Part shown: positions 61,162 through 64,000 of the stretch, piece by piece
Numbering within the stretch: position 1 is the stretch's first letter
How the letters are laid out: each line of letters starts with the position of its first letter
From: an uncultured Sulfolobales archaeon
Lineage (GTDB): Archaea > Thermoproteota > Thermoprotei_A > Sulfolobales > NBVN01
Assembly (NCBI GenBank): GCA_938083005.1
Contig: CALKCU010000015.1
Location: forward strand, 3,407-67,406
DNA length: 64,000 nucleotides
Reading direction: 5' to 3'
Notes under the pieces: model-generated
The model's input: the letters and a program-made list of their open reading frames with translations, nothing else
Databases searched by the model: none
What the model was told of the DNA's origin: nothing
Made by a program: the position numbers and the translations under genes

Positions 61162-61901
61162 CTATCTGCACCGGCCTCCACGATGAGCTTTCTTATCTCC
61201 TCTATCGCCAGCTTTCTGAAGATAGCCTCTTTCGCGTCTATGTACCCCACCTCGACGTACTGCGGGTCGAGGGGGCCCTCGCTACTAGTCCTCAGAGCCC
61301 TGAGAGCCAACAGCATCTGCTCCTTAGCGTCCATTCTCTCGTCGTAGTTCTTCTCGAGGTACTGGGTCGCGGCCTGCTCCCCCATCCCTACAGCGAGGGC
61401 GTTGTACCCGAAGTAGTAGCCGTTTATCTCGGTCCTGAAGAGCCTGACCCCCCTCCTGTCCACTCCGAGGAATATCAGAGAGACCCCGAAGGGCCTCACG
61501 CCTGCGTGCTGAGTGTAGAGCTGCTTTATATCGCAGACGTACCTCGTCAGTAGCTCGACGTCTATCTGCTCGTCGTAGACGAACCTGTAGTTCATGGCTA
61601 CCTGCCTGGCGTAATCTATGAGGACCCTTCCATCGGCTGCCAAGCCCGCGAACGAGGCTCCTATGTGCGTGTCTATCACGTAGACTTTCTCGACGGACCT
61701 CACGTCTATCAGCGGGGCTATCTTCCTCTTCTCAGCCACCATGACACCGCCCTTGTCGGTCTTGGTAGCGATAGTGGTCCAGCCCTTCCTTATGTTCTCG
61801 GACGCGTACTCTACCTGGTAGAGCTTTCCGTCTGGCGAGAACACCGTAATGGCCCTATCGTACCCCAAAGCCGGGGGTCCGAACGCCATACCCAGCCGCA
61901 C
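61158..61901 (-). CDS. psmA: Proteasome alpha subunit
   Basis: 247 aa with the motif YDRAITVFSPDGKLYQVEYA. The real start may be the internal ATG at 61889. Confidence 0.95.
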   Translation of the reverse strand: MRLGMAFGPPALGYDRAITVFSPDGKLYQVEYASENIRKGWTTIATKTDKGGVMVAEKRKIAPLIDVRSVEKVYVIDTHIGASFAGLAADGRVLIDYARQVAMNYRFVYDEQIDVELLTRYVCDIKQLYTQHAGVRPFGVSLIFLGVDRRGVRLFRTEINGYYFGYNALAVGMGEQAATQYLEKNYDERMDAKEQMLLALRALRTSSEGPLDPQYVEVGYIDAKEAIFRKLAIEEIRKLIVEAGADR

Positions 61902-62017
61902 CCGTGTCTTCTAGCTGTTCCGTAAAATAAGTTGAGTCCGCGATGATCCGCTCTCGCGACCGCTCTGCGGGTTCCCCGGTTCCGGGCTCTAACCGACGGC
62001 TTGCGTTACTGCTCGAC

Positions 62018-62734
62018 CTACGATACGCCTAGGTACAGCTTCGCGAACTCTCTGTGACTTAGCAGCTCCCGCGGGTCCCCCTCGTAGCGGATAGTTCCGC
62101 TAACCAGGAGATAGGCCCTGTCAGCAATCTGGAGGGCCCTCGCAGCGTGCTGCTCCACCAGGATGACCGATATCTTCAGCTCGTCCCTGAGCTCGACGAC
62201 CTTCTCGTGCACCTTCTTAACGAATATCGGGGCAAGGTCTGTCGTGACCTCGTCTAGTAGCATTACCTTCGGCTCCTTCATTAGCCCCAAGCCTATGGCT
62301 AGCATCCTCCTCTCGCCACCGCTTAAAGTTCCAGCCCTCCTGCTCCTGAAGTTCTTCAGCACCGGAAACATCCCGAAGACCAGCTCCAGCCTATCCGCTA
62401 GCTTGCTCTGGCCAAGCATGTACCCTGCTACCCTCAGGTTCTCCTCGACGGTGAGGTTAGCGAACACGTTGCCCATCTGCGGGACGTAGGATATCCCGAG
62501 TCTCGAGATCTTGTGGGGAGGCAGGCCTGTTATGTCGCGGTCCTCGAAGTACACTTTCCCGTCGTGTATCGTCGCGAGCCCGGTGATGCTGTTGAGCAGA
62601 GTAGTCTTCCCAGCCCCGTTAGGTCCGACCACAACCGTTATTTTACCGGGCTCGGCCTCCACGTTCACGTCGAAGAGCACTCTCAGCTTTCCATAGCCCG
62701 AGGTTAGATCTCGCACCCTGATCATATCATTCAC
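62018..62734 (-). CDS. livF: Branched-chain amino acid ABC transporter ATP-binding protein (LivF-like)
   Basis: 238 aa. It has Walker A GPNGAGKTT, the signature LSGGERRM and Walker B MLLDE. Confidence 0.9.
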   Translation of the reverse strand: MNDMIRVRDLTSGYGKLRVLFDVNVEAEPGKITVVVGPNGAGKTTLLNSITGLATIHDGKVYFEDRDITGLPPHKISRLGISYVPQMGNVFANLTVEENLRVAGYMLGQSKLADRLELVFGMFPVLKNFRSRRAGTLSGGERRMLAIGLGLMKEPKVMLLDEVTTDLAPIFVKKVHEKVVELRDELKISVILVEQHAARALQIADRAYLLVSGTIRYEGDPRELLSHREFAKLYLGVS

Positions 62735-63536
62735 CTATGTAGACCTTGATGACATTGGGATCGTTGGCTACCTCGCTGGGAGTTCCCTCCGAAATCACCG
62801 ACCCGCGGTCCATAACGTACACGTAGTCCGCGAAGGGCAGTGCTATGTCTATCCTGTGCTCGATCACGAGGAACGTCACGTCCATCGACTTGGTCAGGCT
62901 CCGGACGTGTCTGAAAATCTCGTGAGAGTATGCGGGGTCCGTGCCCCCTATCGGTTCATCGAGGGCTATAAGCTTAGCACCGGTGGCCAGAGCCCTGGCC
63001 ACCTCGAGCATCTTCAGCTGACCCGCGCCCAGTCTGTACGCCTCCCAGTCCCAGTAGTCCTTCAGTCCCACCTTTCCCAGGATCTCGAAGGCCCTCCTCA
63101 CTCTCTCTTCCTCCTCCTTGACCCAGAACCGCCTAAGGGGGGCGGCGAGGGGGTTCTCGCCCCTCTCCCCCAGGGCCACGAGCACGTTCTCCAACACCGT
63201 TAGGGCTAGGAACGGCTGAGGTATCTGGAAGGTCCTAACGAACCCCGACTTATAGACCCTATGGGGGGGCCAACCGGTGATGTCCAGCCTCCTCTTCTCA
63301 TCGTTGAACGGATCGAAGAAGACCCGGCCGCCGTCCGGCTTAAGGACCCCCGTGCAGACGTTTACGAAGGTGGTCTTCCCGGCTCCGTTGGGTCCTATGA
63401 GCAAGGTCATGCTGTTGCGCTTCACTTTGATGTTCACACCATTGACCGCGACCAGACCGCCGAATCTCTTCACCAGGTCGCACGTCTCGAGTATGAAGGA
63501 CAGAGTACCACCCTCACGACGCTCTTCTCGTAACAT
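62727..63536 (-). CDS. livG: Branched-chain amino acid ABC transporter ATP-binding protein (LivG-like)
   Basis: 269 aa. It has Walker A GPNGAGKTT, the signature variant LGAGQLKMLE, Walker B IALDEP, and a LivG-type C-terminus (DPNVIKVYIG). Confidence 0.9.
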   Translation of the reverse strand: MLREERREGGTLSFILETCDLVKRFGGLVAVNGVNIKVKRNSMTLLIGPNGAGKTTFVNVCTGVLKPDGGRVFFDPFNDEKRRLDITGWPPHRVYKSGFVRTFQIPQPFLALTVLENVLVALGERGENPLAAPLRRFWVKEEEERVRRAFEILGKVGLKDYWDWEAYRLGAGQLKMLEVARALATGAKLIALDEPIGGTDPAYSHEIFRHVRSLTKSMDVTFLVIEHRIDIALPFADYVYVMDRGSVISEGTPSEVANDPNVIKVYIGE

Positions 63537-63575
63537 TATTGAGGGTTAGAGCTAAAAAAGCTTTGGAGGGTTGTC

Positions 63576-64000
63576 CTAGGAGCTGTACCACGTTATGGTT
63601 CCCGTTAGGACGCTGTAGATTCCGGCGACCCTCCACTCGTACTTGTCGTCGATCTTAACGACGGCCCAGATGTCGTAATCGCCGACGCTCCTGTCTCCGT
63701 TTTCGTCGAGCTCTATGTAACCAGAAGCGCCTATGTATCTCTCCAGCACCAAGGGTATTACTCTCAGGACGGCCTCCGGGTCGTATGCGTTGACCGCGTC
63801 GAGGGCTAGAGCTAGAGTCCACGCTATGTCGTACACGAAATACGCATAGCCCATAGGCTCCATGCCCAGCTTGCTCAGAATCAGCTCCCGTATCTTAGCC
63901 CCGTGCGGCGAGATCCCGGGCGAGGTCATAGTGTTGTAGAACTCGACCGCTATGACCATCTCGGCTACTGCGGGGTCCAGGAGGGGTGTGATACCGGCCG
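63576..64000 (-). CDS. ABC transporter substrate-binding protein (type I periplasmic-binding fold), C-terminal part; 5' end lies outside the window
   Basis: The frame stays open to the window edge (…AGITPLLDPAVAEMVIAVEF…). The C-terminal sequence (...GASGYIELDENGDR..GDYDIWAV) is typical of Leu/Ile/Val-binding proteins. Confidence 0.65.
   Translation of the reverse strand, partial: AGITPLLDPAVAEMVIAVEFYNTMTSPGISPHGAKIRELILSKLGMEPMGYAYFVYDIAWTLALALDAVNAYDPEAVLRVIPLVLERYIGASGYIELDENGDRSVGDYDIWAVVKIDDKYEWRVAGIYSVLTGTITWYSS

Noticed and set aside
55170-61901. aIF2-gamma/PIN/FKBP and Rrp42-Rrp41-Rrp4-SBDS-PsmA block examined for novelty
   Set aside because: This is the well-known conserved archaeal exosome/proteasome superoperon and translation-factor neighbourhood. 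Gene order and overlaps are as expected.
1-64000. Scan for CRISPR arrays, cas genes, integrases, transposases, IS terminal inverted repeats and rRNA genes
   Set aside because: No regularly spaced repeats and no recognisable recombinase, transposase or Cas motifs were seen by eye in any frame. No rRNA-like conserved strings were seen either. Absence is by inspection only, not by a search tool.

Overview
High-GC, very gene-dense archaeal chromosome segment. The gene content points to a hyperthermophilic crenarchaeon, probably Desulfurococcales-like: type II GAPDH, aIF5B, aIF2-gamma, MCM plus a GINS-like gene, fibrillarin plus Nop5, Alba, Hjc, and the Rrp4/Rrp41/Rrp42-SBDS-proteasome-alpha superoperon. 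Intron-bearing tRNAs and TTTAAA-type box-A promoters about 25-35 nt upstream of starts fit this. The S9 peptidase also closely resembles what I recall of Aeropyrum pernix acylaminoacyl peptidase. This is a recollection, not a search result. I call about 70 protein genes, 4 tRNAs (3 with introns at the canonical 37/38 position), an SRP (7S) RNA, one well-formed C/D box sRNA and several promoters. Two small ORFs fall below the ORF-track cutoff: a ribbon-helix-helix (RHH) protein and a Cys-rich peptide. Many long ORFs in the track are antisense or alternative-frame artefacts of the high GC. Most of the window is housekeeping. No CRISPR array, integrase, transposase or recognisable defence gene was seen. 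Regions worth a second look:
- An overlapping Clp1-UbiD-aconitase-X operon of the archaeal mevalonate pathway. Its small subunit is fused in frame to thymidylate kinase.
- A tight four-gene operon of ribose-phosphate-type enzymes (HTH-PRTase, CitG-like, metallophosphoesterase, NAD-kinase-like) with no assigned pathway.
- A more A/T-rich island at 28.1-31.5 kb. It encodes W/Y/C-rich secreted or membrane proteins and a chain of four ORFs that hop between reading frames.
- Two copies of an RHH plus small zinc-binding protein module. One is surrounded by an array of GTAWTAC palindromes.
- A cluster of orphan small DNA-binding-type genes at 4-7 kb.
- A DUF4350-DUF58 membrane operon without a MoxR ATPase.
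- Several unusually long, GC-rich, ORF-free, hairpin-rich spacers that probably hide ncRNAs.
All family assignments come from motif recognition by eye. No database search, covariance-model scan or composition calculation was run.
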